Below, in pieces: positions 40,036 through 49,451 of a stretch of DNA of 64,000 nt. The translations under genes and the position numbers were made by a program. The DNA is from a virus (Duplodnaviria; Heunggongvirae; Uroviricota; Caudoviricetes). The DNA lies in IMG/VR virus record IMGVR_UViG_3300021363_000001, positions 13,622 to 77,621 of that record. The stretch is one strand, 5' to 3'. Position 1 is the stretch's first letter; every line of letters starts with the position of its first letter. The notes below the pieces were generated by a model. It did no database searches. It saw only the letters and a list, made by a program, of their open reading frames with translations, and had not been told where the DNA came from.

Positions 40036-40326
40036 ATGAATGCATTAACAAGTTTCCTTCCTCCAACTGAAATATTATTGGCTCTGGCCCTGGGAGCGGT
40101 AGTGTTCTACATCTTTGAATATCTATCTAAACGTAAGCTGAGCGATTTCAAATTCGGCTTCTGGATAAAAGACAACTGGTACAAGATGTTAATCCTTGCA
40201 CCACTGTGTTTAATCATTGACGTAAAATATATTGATCCAGGTATCACCGAACAGTCAGCTTTCTGGATTGGCGTAGGTGTATCAGGAATCATTGATCGCG
40301 TGCAAGACCTGATCGTTAAAAAATAG
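40036..40326 (+). CDS. holin-like small membrane protein
   Basis: 96 aa with two to three predicted TM helices and charged C-terminus; located after tail fibers. Confidence 0.4.
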   Translation: MNALTSFLPPTEILLALALGAVVFYIFEYLSKRKLSDFKFGFWIKDNWYKMLILAPLCLIIDVKYIDPGITEQSAFWIGVGVSGIIDRVQDLIVKK

Positions 40327-40341
40327 AGTTTTGTTTGTTTC

Positions 40342-40827
40342 ATGTATGGTTTGGTGTCGCTGCGCGAAGAGGCGTGGCGGCACTTCTTTATCGCTATGAA
40401 AACAGTATTACTTCAACGCTGCTTATCTGATAGTAAGCAAACACTGGGAACGCTCACAACCGTATTCGGTGAAGAATTATTTGTGTGTAAGGTTTTGGAA
40501 TTGCCATGGAAATGGAATCAATCAAATGTAAGCTGCGTCCCCGCTGGCCCATATGAGTGTACATGGACAAGATCAAATCGTTTAAGCACTGCAGCCGGCC
40601 ATGACGTATTTACTTACGAATTACAGAATGTTCCGCAGCGTGCCGGCATTCGTATACACAGCGCAAATTTCTACTATTCCCTTCTCGGATGTTTGGCGCT
40701 TGGCGATGCTCACAAAGACATAAATGCTGATGGAGAACTTGATGTTATACATTCTGGAGCAACGGTAAAAAAATTCAATGAGCTGATGAGAGGAGAACTA
40801 TTCGTGCTTAATATCAGAACAGTATGA
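40342..40827 (+). CDS. putative cell-wall hydrolase / endolysin (uncertain)
   Basis: 161 aa soluble protein between holin-like and spanin-like ORFs; His/Asp-containing segment HSANF...GDAHKD...DVIHSG. Confidence 0.3.
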   Translation: MYGLVSLREEAWRHFFIAMKTVLLQRCLSDSKQTLGTLTTVFGEELFVCKVLELPWKWNQSNVSCVPAGPYECTWTRSNRLSTAAGHDVFTYELQNVPQRAGIRIHSANFYYSLLGCLALGDAHKDINADGELDVIHSGATVKKFNELMRGELFVLNIRTV

Positions 40828-40922
40828 AATTCAACGAAGAAAATATACTGAAGATAATTATTTTCATGATGGGTTTTATCACCGGGATGGCATTTGCATA
40901 CACCTCGCAATTCATTTACTAA

Positions 40923-41318
40923 ATGAATACTGCCGACAGAGTGCTTATGATATGCGGCTTCCTGCTTATTGCACTGGTGTTATTCAAGGGGCCAAAGCGT
41001 GATGATACCATGATCCGCATGCAGGGTGATTCTCTCAAGGCATATGCAGATTCATTCAATGTTGCAAAAAAAATTGTTGAGCTTGCAGATGAAAAACTAA
41101 AGAAGGACAGTATTCAACACGTCATTGATTCTGTTGCATCCCTGGTTGCAATGCAAAATTTTATCTTCAGCCTGAACAACCGTAAAGCAATAGTTCCCAA
41201 ACATGATAAAGCTCAGAGCGCTATTATGCAGCTTGATGCTGACAGTTCTATACGCAGAGTGTCAGCCCTTGCTCACGCCATTGATAGTTTACGACAGCGT
41301 ATTAGGAAGAATCAGTAA
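40923..41318 (+). CDS. membrane protein, spanin-like (N-terminal TM plus coiled coil)
   Basis: 131 aa; TM helix ICGFLLIALVLF then helical region. Confidence 0.3.
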   Translation: MNTADRVLMICGFLLIALVLFKGPKRDDTMIRMQGDSLKAYADSFNVAKKIVELADEKLKKDSIQHVIDSVASLVAMQNFIFSLNNRKAIVPKHDKAQSAIMQLDADSSIRRVSALAHAIDSLRQRIRKNQ

Positions 41319-41688
41319 AGTAATTCTTGACACTGACACCTTTGCCTGTACGCCAATGTCAGAGGTGCGTTCAATCAATGTACTTGGTGACGTGCTCATG
41401 GAATGTTCAGAGGACAATGATTCGTTATTCTCCCAGGTGAATAAAGCAAAGATCGCTCTGGATTTAAAGGTTCGTGAGCTGGATGGATGCTTTAAAACAA
41501 ATGACGACAACGAATTAAAGATCATGGGCCTGAGTAAGCAGCTCTCATCAAAGATCAATGAGTCCAGAATCTTTGAATCCCAGGTTGATCACTACCGGAT
41601 AAAACTCAAGAGCCTGCAGCTGGTTTTTGGCGTCTCCGTGGTGATCGCTGGAGGGGAACTATTATATATAGCATTTGGTAAACGGTAA
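41203..41688 (+). CDS. hypothetical protein overlapping previous ORF in alternate frame (possible second spanin component)
   Basis: 161 aa; N-terminal hydrophobic segment with Cys, C-terminal TM. Confidence 0.25.
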   Translation: MIKLRALLCSLMLTVLYAECQPLLTPLIVYDSVLGRISKVILDTDTFACTPMSEVRSINVLGDVLMECSEDNDSLFSQVNKAKIALDLKVRELDGCFKTNDDNELKIMGLSKQLSSKINESRIFESQVDHYRIKLKSLQLVFGVSVVIAGGELLYIAFGKR

Positions 41689-41911
41689 TTTTAAAGCACC
41701 CCTGTTAATAATGACAAGAGAACACTGGCATGCGCATAAGATGAAAATGGCAAAAATGTTTGCCCACAAGAACAGAATCGGCAAAAATCGCAGAAAATCA
41801 GACCGTCAATCGGCTGAGGAGATTATTCGAAAGTTAAGAACTGACAATGCCAGGTTGTTCGAATTGTATCAGTACGAAAGACACATGAATTGTATGGCCG
41901 GGATACATTAG
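41675..41911 (+). CDS. small basic protein
   Basis: ORF 78 aa, Lys/Arg-rich. Confidence 0.3.
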   Translation: MVNGNFKAPLLIMTREHWHAHKMKMAKMFAHKNRIGKNRRKSDRQSAEEIIRKLRTDNARLFELYQYERHMNCMAGIH

Positions 41912-42010
41912 CCTCATCGTTCTTTGATTCAAATCGAATCACCTATATTTGCACAACATATAGTGAAAACATTGCTGCTCTGCATCAAAGCAGCAGCGAT
42001 ACAAAATGAA

Positions 42011-42050
42011 AACCTGTTGGAGTTGTGCCTGACAGGTTTTTGTTTTTTTA
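42011..42050 (+). terminator. rho-independent terminator
   Basis: Hairpin aaacctgt...acaggttt followed by ttgttttttt. Confidence 0.55.
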
Positions 42051-42272
42051 TGATACCTCATTAAGCGCTCCAACTACGGTTGGCCAAGTCACAGCAATCT
42101 GCAAGCGACAATACTTCAAGTCATACGCTTGTTGGATCGTGCATATTATAGGAGCGAGATAAAATTTTTCCAGGGGGGACTTTTTCTTTTTTCTTTCTCC
42201 TTCTTATTTTCTTCGCGGACTTGTTTTGTTCTTCCTCTTTCTTTTTTCTTTTGAGCCCCATTATACCCGCAT

Positions 42273-42310
42273 AAAAAAAGCCACCAGGCTCTTGAGTTCC
42301 CGATGGCTTA
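42273..42310 (-). terminator. rho-independent terminator downstream of integrase
   Basis: Minus-strand hairpin gccatcggg...cctggtggc followed by T7. Confidence 0.5.
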
Positions 42311-42362
42311 TTAAAGATTTATTGCGGGAGCAAATATATACTAATTATAAACCAACACAAAT

Positions 42363-42395
42363 AAAAAAGCCACCACTTTCGTGATGGCCTTTTTG
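42363..42395. terminator. bidirectional rho-independent terminator downstream of integrase
   Basis: Hairpin gccaccac-tttc-gtgatggc flanked by A6 and T5. Confidence 0.6.
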
Positions 42396-42459
42396 GTCTG
42401 CAGCAGATTATGGGATCGCGCAGAAAGTGTACTGCGAATACACAAGACAAATATATTAA

Positions 42460-43722
42460 TTATTCCTTATGCGCCTTTTTCATCACCTCGTCAATGCGTG
42501 AATTCTGGAATCCGTCATTGATGTACAATTCCAGAGTACGTAAATCACTGTGCTGGGTGAGCATCATCAGATCATACCCTTGAACCCCATTCTCAATGGC
42601 ACGATTAATAAAAGTGTTACGTGCTGAGTGGTTGCTGATCTTCTTTTCAATCTTGGCGTACCTGGCCAGGCGCTCCAGGGCCTGATTCATCCATTTAGTG
42701 CAGTCCTTTATCAATCTTTCAAATGACCTGTCCGGGAATGTATGCATCGCAAAGTCAAGAAATGGAAACACGTAGGTGTCTTCTGAAACATTACGTCCAG
42801 AATAAATCTTGAGTATTTCACGGGGCTCCGCTGGCAGTGTGATCTTAATGAATTTCCCAGTCTTATGAGCCCATATGGAAATCTGTTTGTAGTCATGAAT
42901 ATTCCCCCATTTCAAAGTCAATAAGTCGCGCACCCGGTATCCGATAGTTGTAGCTGAAAACAACCATGCCCACTTTGCATGATACAGCCACCAGTCAACG
43001 TTTTCTGAGAGAATCGTGGCACGAATCTTCTGCACTTCAGCTTCATTCAATGGCTCCTTTTTGGCTGAACGCCCGGCAATGATTTTGTATTTGGTAAATG
43101 GATTCTGCTCATGACGGATCACCCCATCATTCACCGCTGAGATCACAATGGTACGGATCATTGACAGGTGAGAGGCAATCGTTTTCTGTGCATACTCTTC
43201 TTCTTTCATAAAAGCCTGTAATTTATCAAGCCACTGAGTGGTGACCTCCTCAAACATTACAGGACGGTTTTTGGTGAATCTTTGAATGTTATGCATTCGG
43301 GAAAGGAAGGATTCATAAGTGATGATTTTATCCTTCTTAAAAGCCTCCACGTACTGCGCCAGACGCTGAATCATATCAGGAGAAGTCTTGTCGTTAAGCG
43401 AGTCCATGATTTGTGGAATGCTGATTTGTGGATTCTTTCGCTCCATCTCATAAATTTTTTCAGAGATTTCTGACTTGAGTCGGTTGAGTTTCACATTCAA
43501 CGAAGGGAATGTTTTTTTTGCACAGCCCAACTTTTTGTCCCAGTCCTTTTCATTGATCTCATCCTGGGTCGAAAGGAAGCCGAACCTTTTTCCTTTTGTG
43601 ATACGCAATCTGATTGCGCGGTTGCCATTACTTTTTTGGTGATGGCTGAGGATTAATTTTAGTAGTGCCATAGGAGTAATTATTAATGAAAGTTTAATTG
43701 ATTTTGAGAGTAGGGTTAACAA
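42460..43722 (-). CDS. int: tyrosine integrase
   Basis: C-terminal catalytic segment with R...HSARNTFINRAIENG...LMMLTQHSDLRTLELY (H-x-x-R and catalytic Y); N-terminal SAM-like domain; 420 aa. Confidence 0.85.
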   Translation of the reverse strand: MLTLLSKSIKLSLIITPMALLKLILSHHQKSNGNRAIRLRITKGKRFGFLSTQDEINEKDWDKKLGCAKKTFPSLNVKLNRLKSEISEKIYEMERKNPQISIPQIMDSLNDKTSPDMIQRLAQYVEAFKKDKIITYESFLSRMHNIQRFTKNRPVMFEEVTTQWLDKLQAFMKEEEYAQKTIASHLSMIRTIVISAVNDGVIRHEQNPFTKYKIIAGRSAKKEPLNEAEVQKIRATILSENVDWWLYHAKWAWLFSATTIGYRVRDLLTLKWGNIHDYKQISIWAHKTGKFIKITLPAEPREILKIYSGRNVSEDTYVFPFLDFAMHTFPDRSFERLIKDCTKWMNQALERLARYAKIEKKISNHSARNTFINRAIENGVQGYDLMMLTQHSDLRTLELYINDGFQNSRIDEVMKKAHKE

Positions 43723-43899
43723 ATTTATGCTCCAGGGTTAACAAATGGTTTTGGGCGGTTTTTCATAGACCAGATTTGTTAACCATTTGTACGCTTTGGT
43801 TTCTTTTAACGGTCATAAGCGGGGTCATGCGGCAATCGCATTCTTTGATTCTGATCAGAAAATTACGTTTGGAGGAATATCGAAGAACGATAAAGAAGG

Positions 43900-43945
43900 A
43901 AGGGTGGCCGATGGGGCTCGAACCCACGCAAGCTAACTGATTGTT
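43900..43945 (-). other. attP core candidate: 3' fragment of a tRNA gene
   Basis: Minus-strand reading gives T-arm gtggg-ttcgagc-cccat plus acceptor 3' strand cggccac with no matching 5' half upstream. Confidence 0.5.
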
Positions 43946-44052
43946 TATCAAACTATTTACGTGATTGCAAAATGCGTTTGTCAACAATTTGACAACTACA
44001 TTTTTTTCAAGAGTATAGCTTTGCATTCTGCTTTATAATTTGCTTTATAATT

Positions 44053-44727
44053 CTATCTGGAAATGAGTTCGAATTTCTGATACATCACCTGCACATTTTT
44101 GTGCTCAGAATTTCTTTTGCTTGGCCCGTCCTGCGGGCCGCGCGCAAATACTGTTTTCAGTACATCGCTCAGCCCGTAGGGAACATCTTCTGGGGTGGGG
44201 TTATCTGGCGATTGCAAGTTGATTGGCCCATCACCCTGGATCATGTATTCATAGCTGACGCCAAAGCGTATATGCAGGATTGATTTGATGGTATCACTGG
44301 CGGTGATTTTGCTACTCTCAATGTATGCCCAGTGTGATTGAGTCACCCCTATCTCTGTTGCTATTTCAGATTGTGTCATACCTAAAAAATTTCTGATCTC
44401 TTTGTAACGTGCGCCTATGGCTTGTTTCAGCGTTGGTTCCTGGATGACTTCTTCAATTTTGGGAGGAGGAGTTATGAATAATGGAATGCCGAAATTTTCT
44501 TCAGCATAAAAAAATTGTTTGTTCAGATGGTAGTGTTTAATGAACTTACCAAGCTGATCGTAAGTTATTTTCCTCACACCATTAACGATGTCACGGAGCA
44601 CGTTTAATTGTGTTCCGCAATGCTTTGCAATTTGTGTCTTATTATCATTTGGAAAGCTAACGTAAATGTGATTTAGTGCTTGAGAAAAGCGATCACTTAA
44701 TTGTTTTCTATTACTAACCATGAACAC
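44053..44727 (-). CDS. cI-like repressor with HTH_XRE domain(s)
   Basis: RYKEIRNFLGMTQSEIATEIGVTQSHWAYIES (HTH_XRE) and a second helix-turn-helix-like N-terminal region; divergent from early operon. Confidence 0.65.
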   Translation of the reverse strand: MFMVSNRKQLSDRFSQALNHIYVSFPNDNKTQIAKHCGTQLNVLRDIVNGVRKITYDQLGKFIKHYHLNKQFFYAEENFGIPLFITPPPKIEEVIQEPTLKQAIGARYKEIRNFLGMTQSEIATEIGVTQSHWAYIESSKITASDTIKSILHIRFGVSYEYMIQGDGPINLQSPDNPTPEDVPYGLSDVLKTVFARGPQDGPSKRNSEHKNVQVMYQKFELISR

Positions 44728-44797
44728 GATTTTTTTTAATTGATTTTTAACACGTTAATACCATTGGCCTACGCCTATGATGCAGCAATCTATTGTC

Positions 44798-44893
44798 TGT
44801 ACTGTTTTGTACTACATTTGAGATAATCAAGTACAAAAAAACACAGCGATCTGCGTATGCAAATATAAAGCAAATATATACCAAGTACAAACC
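44798..44893. promoter_or_regulatory. divergent promoter/operator region with repeated AGTACAAA half-sites
   Basis: ttttgtact (44805-44813), agtacaaaa (44830-44838), agtacaaacc (44884-44893) between repressor and first early gene. Confidence 0.4.
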
Positions 44894-44907
44894 AATTATT
44901 ATAAGAT

Positions 44908-45162
44908 ATGAACATTGATCAGTTAGGAGCCCAACAGATAAAAGACCTTCTCCCATATGGGGGGTTAAAGAAGGTACAAGAGCGTCTGAAGGAGAAGGGA
45001 ATAAATTTCTCTTACGTGACAGTACAGAAGTTTGAAAATTCCCAGGTTGTCAATGAGGCTGTGGCCATGCTACAGGAGATGGCTGAAGACAGCAAGACCC
45101 AGCTTTCCAGGCGAAAGGATTTAATCAAGAAGTTGAATCGAAAATTAGGCTTGCCGGCATGA
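44908..45162 (+). CDS. small early regulator (Cro-position protein)
   Basis: 84 aa, first gene divergent from repressor. Confidence 0.4.
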   Translation: MNIDQLGAQQIKDLLPYGGLKKVQERLKEKGINFSYVTVQKFENSQVVNEAVAMLQEMAEDSKTQLSRRKDLIKKLNRKLGLPA

Positions 45163-45428
45163 ACGACATCAAACTTGTACTGCCAATGGAAATGTCCGAG
45201 CAGATCGCATCACAGATTGCTCAGCTGGTTGCCATCAACGTAAAGGAAATTATTTCTCGCAGTGCTGAAGCGCTACTCCCCGAAGAAGATGTCTGCCGCC
45301 AGCTCAAGGTAACCAAGCGCACCATGTACAACTTCCGGCAGAAGGGGCTCAGGTCAAGTAAAATCGGGAAAGAAAGGTTTTACACCAACAGCGATCTGCT
45401 AGAGTTTCATAAAGAGAATGTACGATAA
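45159..45428 (+). CDS. helix-turn-helix DNA-binding protein, excisionase/MerR-like
   Basis: EDVCRQLKVTKRTMYNFRQKGL...KERFYTNSDLLEF. Confidence 0.5.
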   Translation: MNDIKLVLPMEMSEQIASQIAQLVAINVKEIISRSAEALLPEEDVCRQLKVTKRTMYNFRQKGLRSSKIGKERFYTNSDLLEFHKENVR

Positions 45429-46185
45429 ATACGGGCCCGGAGATGAGCCCCAATATAAAGAACCACATTATCAAGACGAAGACGATTACAGAGAAAAAAA
45501 AATTATGGGATTACAAAACAACACACCACGCACTTACGTCAGCATCGTTGACGGCAAAATTACTCTCCGCGCAAAACAGGATACCCCTGGTGCCTTGGAG
45601 CGGACAACAAAAGAAGGTAACAAGGTTTATGAGCTGCGCTATGACTCATTGAGCGGTTACTTAACAAACATCGCAACCCGTGATGGGAAGTTCGGTAAAG
45701 AATGGATACTGAGTATCACCGATGGTTCAGCAGTGTATCAGCTGAGTATGCATTATCGTGGTGGCAACGCACGCGGATTTTTGTATTCACTTCCAAATGT
45801 TGACTTCAATCTGCCAATCAAATTTACTCCATGGAGTAAAGAGGTAAAAAATGAAGCAGGAGAATTTGTAAAGAAGTCTGCATTGTATCTCTCTCAGATA
45901 AAAGACTCCCAAGAAGTGCAGGTGCCATGGCGGTTTACAAAAGAAGACCCGCAAGGATTACCTGAACTGCAAGAGGTAATGTTCCAGGGCAAGACTGCTC
46001 TTGATGATACCGAGCGCATGGAGTGGTTACACAGGCTTGTCTTTGATCACATCATTGAAGACGTGAACCTGGCCAATGCAAAACGTGCTGGCGGTATTGT
46101 AACACACGATGAAGAAGTTGAGGTTATTCCAGAAATGGAGCATTCTGTTGATGAACCTGATCCCGATACTGGACTGCCATTCTGA
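45418..46185 (+). CDS. hypothetical early protein
   Basis: ORF 255 aa, acidic C-terminus. Confidence 0.4.
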   Translation: MYDKYGPGDEPQYKEPHYQDEDDYREKKIMGLQNNTPRTYVSIVDGKITLRAKQDTPGALERTTKEGNKVYELRYDSLSGYLTNIATRDGKFGKEWILSITDGSAVYQLSMHYRGGNARGFLYSLPNVDFNLPIKFTPWSKEVKNEAGEFVKKSALYLSQIKDSQEVQVPWRFTKEDPQGLPELQEVMFQGKTALDDTERMEWLHRLVFDHIIEDVNLANAKRAGGIVTHDEEVEVIPEMEHSVDEPDPDTGLPF

Positions 46186-46190
46186 TAAAA

Positions 46191-46694
46191 ATGAAACAGT
46201 GCAAGGATTGTGGAGTTCCAAAAGATGAGACAGACTTTTATCCAACGCAAGGTGAATGTAAAATTTGCACAAGAGAAAGAGTTCGTAAAAGAGAATATGA
46301 ACTAATGCGAAATCCAGAATTACATGAGAAAGAGAAGCAGCGGCAGCGTGAAAAATATTATCGTTTAAAATATAAAAACAAACATAAGCCATCTCCTGAG
46401 ATAAAAAAACAAGCCATGGCTCGTTATAAAGACCGGTATCCAGAAAAGGCGCTTGCGCATAAGAAGCAGTGGAAAATGAAGGCTCTTGTTTTAGGAAATG
46501 AATTACATCACTGGAGTTATAATGAAGAGCACTGGGTTGATTTAATTGAATTGCCAAGAAGGGATCACGCAAAGCTACATCGGTATATGTATTATGATCA
46601 TGAATCTAAAATGTATCTAACCATTGATGGGAAATTGCTTGATACAAAAGAAAAGCACATCGCTTATTATGAGTCAATAATGAATCTTGTCTAA
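46191..46694 (+). CDS. HNH endonuclease-like protein
   Basis: N-terminal CxxC..CxxC, C-terminal ELHHWSYNEEHWVDLIELPRRDHAKLH (H-N-H). Confidence 0.45.
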   Translation: MKQCKDCGVPKDETDFYPTQGECKICTRERVRKREYELMRNPELHEKEKQRQREKYYRLKYKNKHKPSPEIKKQAMARYKDRYPEKALAHKKQWKMKALVLGNELHHWSYNEEHWVDLIELPRRDHAKLHRYMYYDHESKMYLTIDGKLLDTKEKHIAYYESIMNLV

Positions 46695-46706
46695 TTAAAA
46701 CTATAT

Positions 46707-47489
46707 ATGGAAACTTACTCTAAAAAAATTCAGCGCGTTCACGATGGCTTCAACCACGCAGCCGATGCGCTATTGGAACAAGTAAAAAAACTTGTGGATC
46801 GCAATGCACCGGAAAACAAAATCAACAGACTAAAGGGCATTGGCTTTAAGAGCGTGAAACAGGTAAAAGAAAATATGTTTCAGGAGTGGAATTTAACGGA
46901 TCAGATGCAGCTGGTGGCTGCAAGCAATCAGTACAAGGTTGATTTTCCTGGCTTCAAATTTATCACTTACAAGCAAGCAGCTGAGCTGTGTAAAAAATAC
47001 AAGCTGGTTATCGGAGCGATCTCTGAGTTTACCGGTTTTGTCCCGGAGAAAAATCTGCAGCAGATCGAAGAGTTTAGAGATAATTTTAGGGACAAAATAT
47101 TTACACCACATCATATTACCAGGATCACTCTTTACTCGCATGCAAGTTCGAAAGAGAACCATGCGCGCTTACGCACATGGCAAGAAGAGAACCCATTTGT
47201 AATAGGAAGAACCTCAAACAGCAAACTGAGCGAAAAGATTTTTGGCGATGCCTTCCAAATTTCAAATATTGAGTCAGAGCTTTCTCCTTCTTCATTCCAG
47301 ATCGCTGCACCAAAAGGAGATTTCATTGACACGGGCAAAAAAACTGTGGGCCATGTGCTGATGAATATGATGGTTATTTCTAAAGACCCCGATCCAATAG
47401 TCATGTATCCGGTTGATATGGGTTACATCATCATCACAGCATGGGGAGACGAAGCCTCTGATCCAATCGTAAACCATCACAACAACTAA
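46707..47489 (+). CDS. hypothetical early protein
   Basis: ORF 260 aa. Confidence 0.4.
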   Translation: METYSKKIQRVHDGFNHAADALLEQVKKLVDRNAPENKINRLKGIGFKSVKQVKENMFQEWNLTDQMQLVAASNQYKVDFPGFKFITYKQAAELCKKYKLVIGAISEFTGFVPEKNLQQIEEFRDNFRDKIFTPHHITRITLYSHASSKENHARLRTWQEENPFVIGRTSNSKLSEKIFGDAFQISNIESELSPSSFQIAAPKGDFIDTGKKTVGHVLMNMMVISKDPDPIVMYPVDMGYIIITAWGDEASDPIVNHHNN

Positions 47490-47579
47490 AATGGAGCGCT
47501 GGAAAAAAACACTCTATGCTCTGGCGATGGCACTGGCCATCGGGACAGCATTTGGAGTTGCAGCGTTGTACCTTCTCTG

Positions 47580-48350
47580 ATGAGCGCAATATTTCACAAC
47601 CCGGCATTAAAGCAAATAAATTTTGCTGACGAACGCTTCTACACGGACGATGATAAAATTTATTATCCGTCAATCACTACCATCCTTGGGGTATATCCCA
47701 AAGGAAAACAATTCGAGGACTGGTTGAAAGCCGTGGGGATGAATGCAGATGTTATCGTTGAAGAGGCTGGCAACCAGGGAACAAAAGTTCATGATGCAAT
47801 CCTTTCTTTATGCCAGGGCACTGAGCTATTCTGGTCAATAGATGGGGTTGAGCAATACACTGAATATGAGTGGATCATGATCATGCGCTTCAATGATTTC
47901 TTTACCAGATACCAGCCTAAGATTATAGCTACCGAACACAAGGTCATCTCTCATCATTACAAACTTGGATATACCCTTGATGTTGTGCTTGAAATGGAAG
48001 GTCACCGATGGGTTGTTGATTACAAAACAAGCAAGAACATCCACCCAACTCATGAGCTTCAGGTAGCAGCGATTGCCACAGTGTGGAATCATGAATTTCC
48101 AGACACGCGTATTGACCGCACGGCCATCCTTCATCTGGCCGCACAGACAAGAGGGGAATCCAAAGACGGCAAAAGCATCCAGGGCAAAGGCTGGAAGCTG
48201 GTGACAGAAAAAGATTTCAAACGCAACTACTACGAAGCCTTCCGGCTCTATGAACATACGAGAGCCTTATGGGATGAAGAAAATCCTGATTACAAACCTA
48301 AGAACTTAAAGTACCCAGACAGGCTCAAGCTGGAAGGACTGGCAGCATGA
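47580..48350 (+). CDS. PD-(D/E)XK family nuclease (phage exonuclease-like)
   Basis: YTLDVVLEMEGHRWVVDYKTSK (D...E.K core motif). Confidence 0.55.
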   Translation: MSAIFHNPALKQINFADERFYTDDDKIYYPSITTILGVYPKGKQFEDWLKAVGMNADVIVEEAGNQGTKVHDAILSLCQGTELFWSIDGVEQYTEYEWIMIMRFNDFFTRYQPKIIATEHKVISHHYKLGYTLDVVLEMEGHRWVVDYKTSKNIHPTHELQVAAIATVWNHEFPDTRIDRTAILHLAAQTRGESKDGKSIQGKGWKLVTEKDFKRNYYEAFRLYEHTRALWDEENPDYKPKNLKYPDRLKLEGLAA

Positions 48351-48832
48351 AAAATGGCGTCTCGTTCCCAGCAAAAGTAAGTGTCGAAGGAGAGCTGGTT
48401 GGATTTTACCCAACAAAAGACGACTTAAAGATTCTCTTCGGTGGACACGATGTAGAGGTGTTGGTTCGCAGGAAGAAAAAAATAAGAAGCCTTGCATTAA
48501 ACAGCTATTACTGGAGCGAAGTGGTTCCTAAAATCCAGGAAGGGCTCAAGCAGACCGGTGAGCGGCTATCGTTGGATGAAACACATGACTGGATTAAAGA
48601 CTTCTTCTCAACTATATCAAAGGAACAGACGCATGACTTTCTCAAAGACCGGTTCATTGAAAAGGTAACTGTTGATGAAGACTCAGGTGAGATCATAGAA
48701 AATGAAATGACAACAAAAATAGAGCGTGAGGCATTCTGGAATTACATCGAGCACATCATTCAGTTCGCAGCAGAAAACCTTGAGGTGCAAATTTATTATC
48801 CAAAAGAACAATCAAAACTTGGGTTACAATGA
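48347..48832 (+). CDS. hypothetical protein (possible recombination partner of the nuclease)
   Basis: ORF 161 aa translationally coupled to nuclease gene. Confidence 0.35.
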   Translation: MKNGVSFPAKVSVEGELVGFYPTKDDLKILFGGHDVEVLVRRKKKIRSLALNSYYWSEVVPKIQEGLKQTGERLSLDETHDWIKDFFSTISKEQTHDFLKDRFIEKVTVDEDSGEIIENEMTTKIEREAFWNYIEHIIQFAAENLEVQIYYPKEQSKLGLQ

Positions 48833-49131
48833 CAACAGATGATCAATATACTGGCGGTACGCTGAATGAAATTTCAAGAAAGCTGGCTGAGGAACAAAAA
48901 GAAAGTGCTGAAATTCCAAGAATGCTTGAACGCGCAATCAATGAAATAAAACATCTGCGTGGGCGAAATGAACTTATGCAAGCTCGTCTTACAATGTTTG
49001 ACAATGTGATGCAATTATTAAATGCAAATCCTCACGCTAACGGCTATACAGATAAGATGGATTTAGCATTTGAGATTCAAGAATTGGTTGATCGGCTGAG
49101 AAAGAAAAAGCCACCTACAGAAACAAAATGA
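48829..49131 (+). CDS. hypothetical small coiled-coil protein
   Basis: ORF 100 aa. Confidence 0.35.
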   Translation: MTTDDQYTGGTLNEISRKLAEEQKESAEIPRMLERAINEIKHLRGRNELMQARLTMFDNVMQLLNANPHANGYTDKMDLAFEIQELVDRLRKKKPPTETK

Positions 49132-49451
49132 CCCCTGAAAAAAAAGAATCACAGATGTATTTCCGCATGCTCATGTTCCTTGTGCTATTTACAGAATGTG
49201 AAAAGTGGGGCCTTGCAATGAAGGGTTCTGTAGATAAAGAGATGAAGATGCGCCTGAACAATTATTTATTCGCACAAGGCAAACTTGCTGATGCCTGTAA
49301 AAAATTTGTTGACCCGGATGTGATGGAAGAATTCGCTGAGCGCTTCAGCCGTGTGGTTGAAAAGCTAATTGAGTCACCAGTTGAAAAACGTGACGAACTG
49401 CTAGAGCTGATCAGGGCCTGGGCCAGCGGAGAAATTAATATCGTTGAATAA
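49128..49451 (+). CDS. hypothetical small protein
   Basis: ORF 107 aa. Confidence 0.35.
   Translation: MTPEKKESQMYFRMLMFLVLFTECEKWGLAMKGSVDKEMKMRLNNYLFAQGKLADACKKFVDPDVMEEFAERFSRVVEKLIESPVEKRDELLELIRAWASGEINIVE

Noticed and set aside
44747-44956. 69-aa minus-strand ORF in the repressor/early divergent intergenic region
   Set aside because: It lies across the operator repeats and promoter region and has hydrophobic low-complexity content. It is more likely non-coding regulatory DNA.
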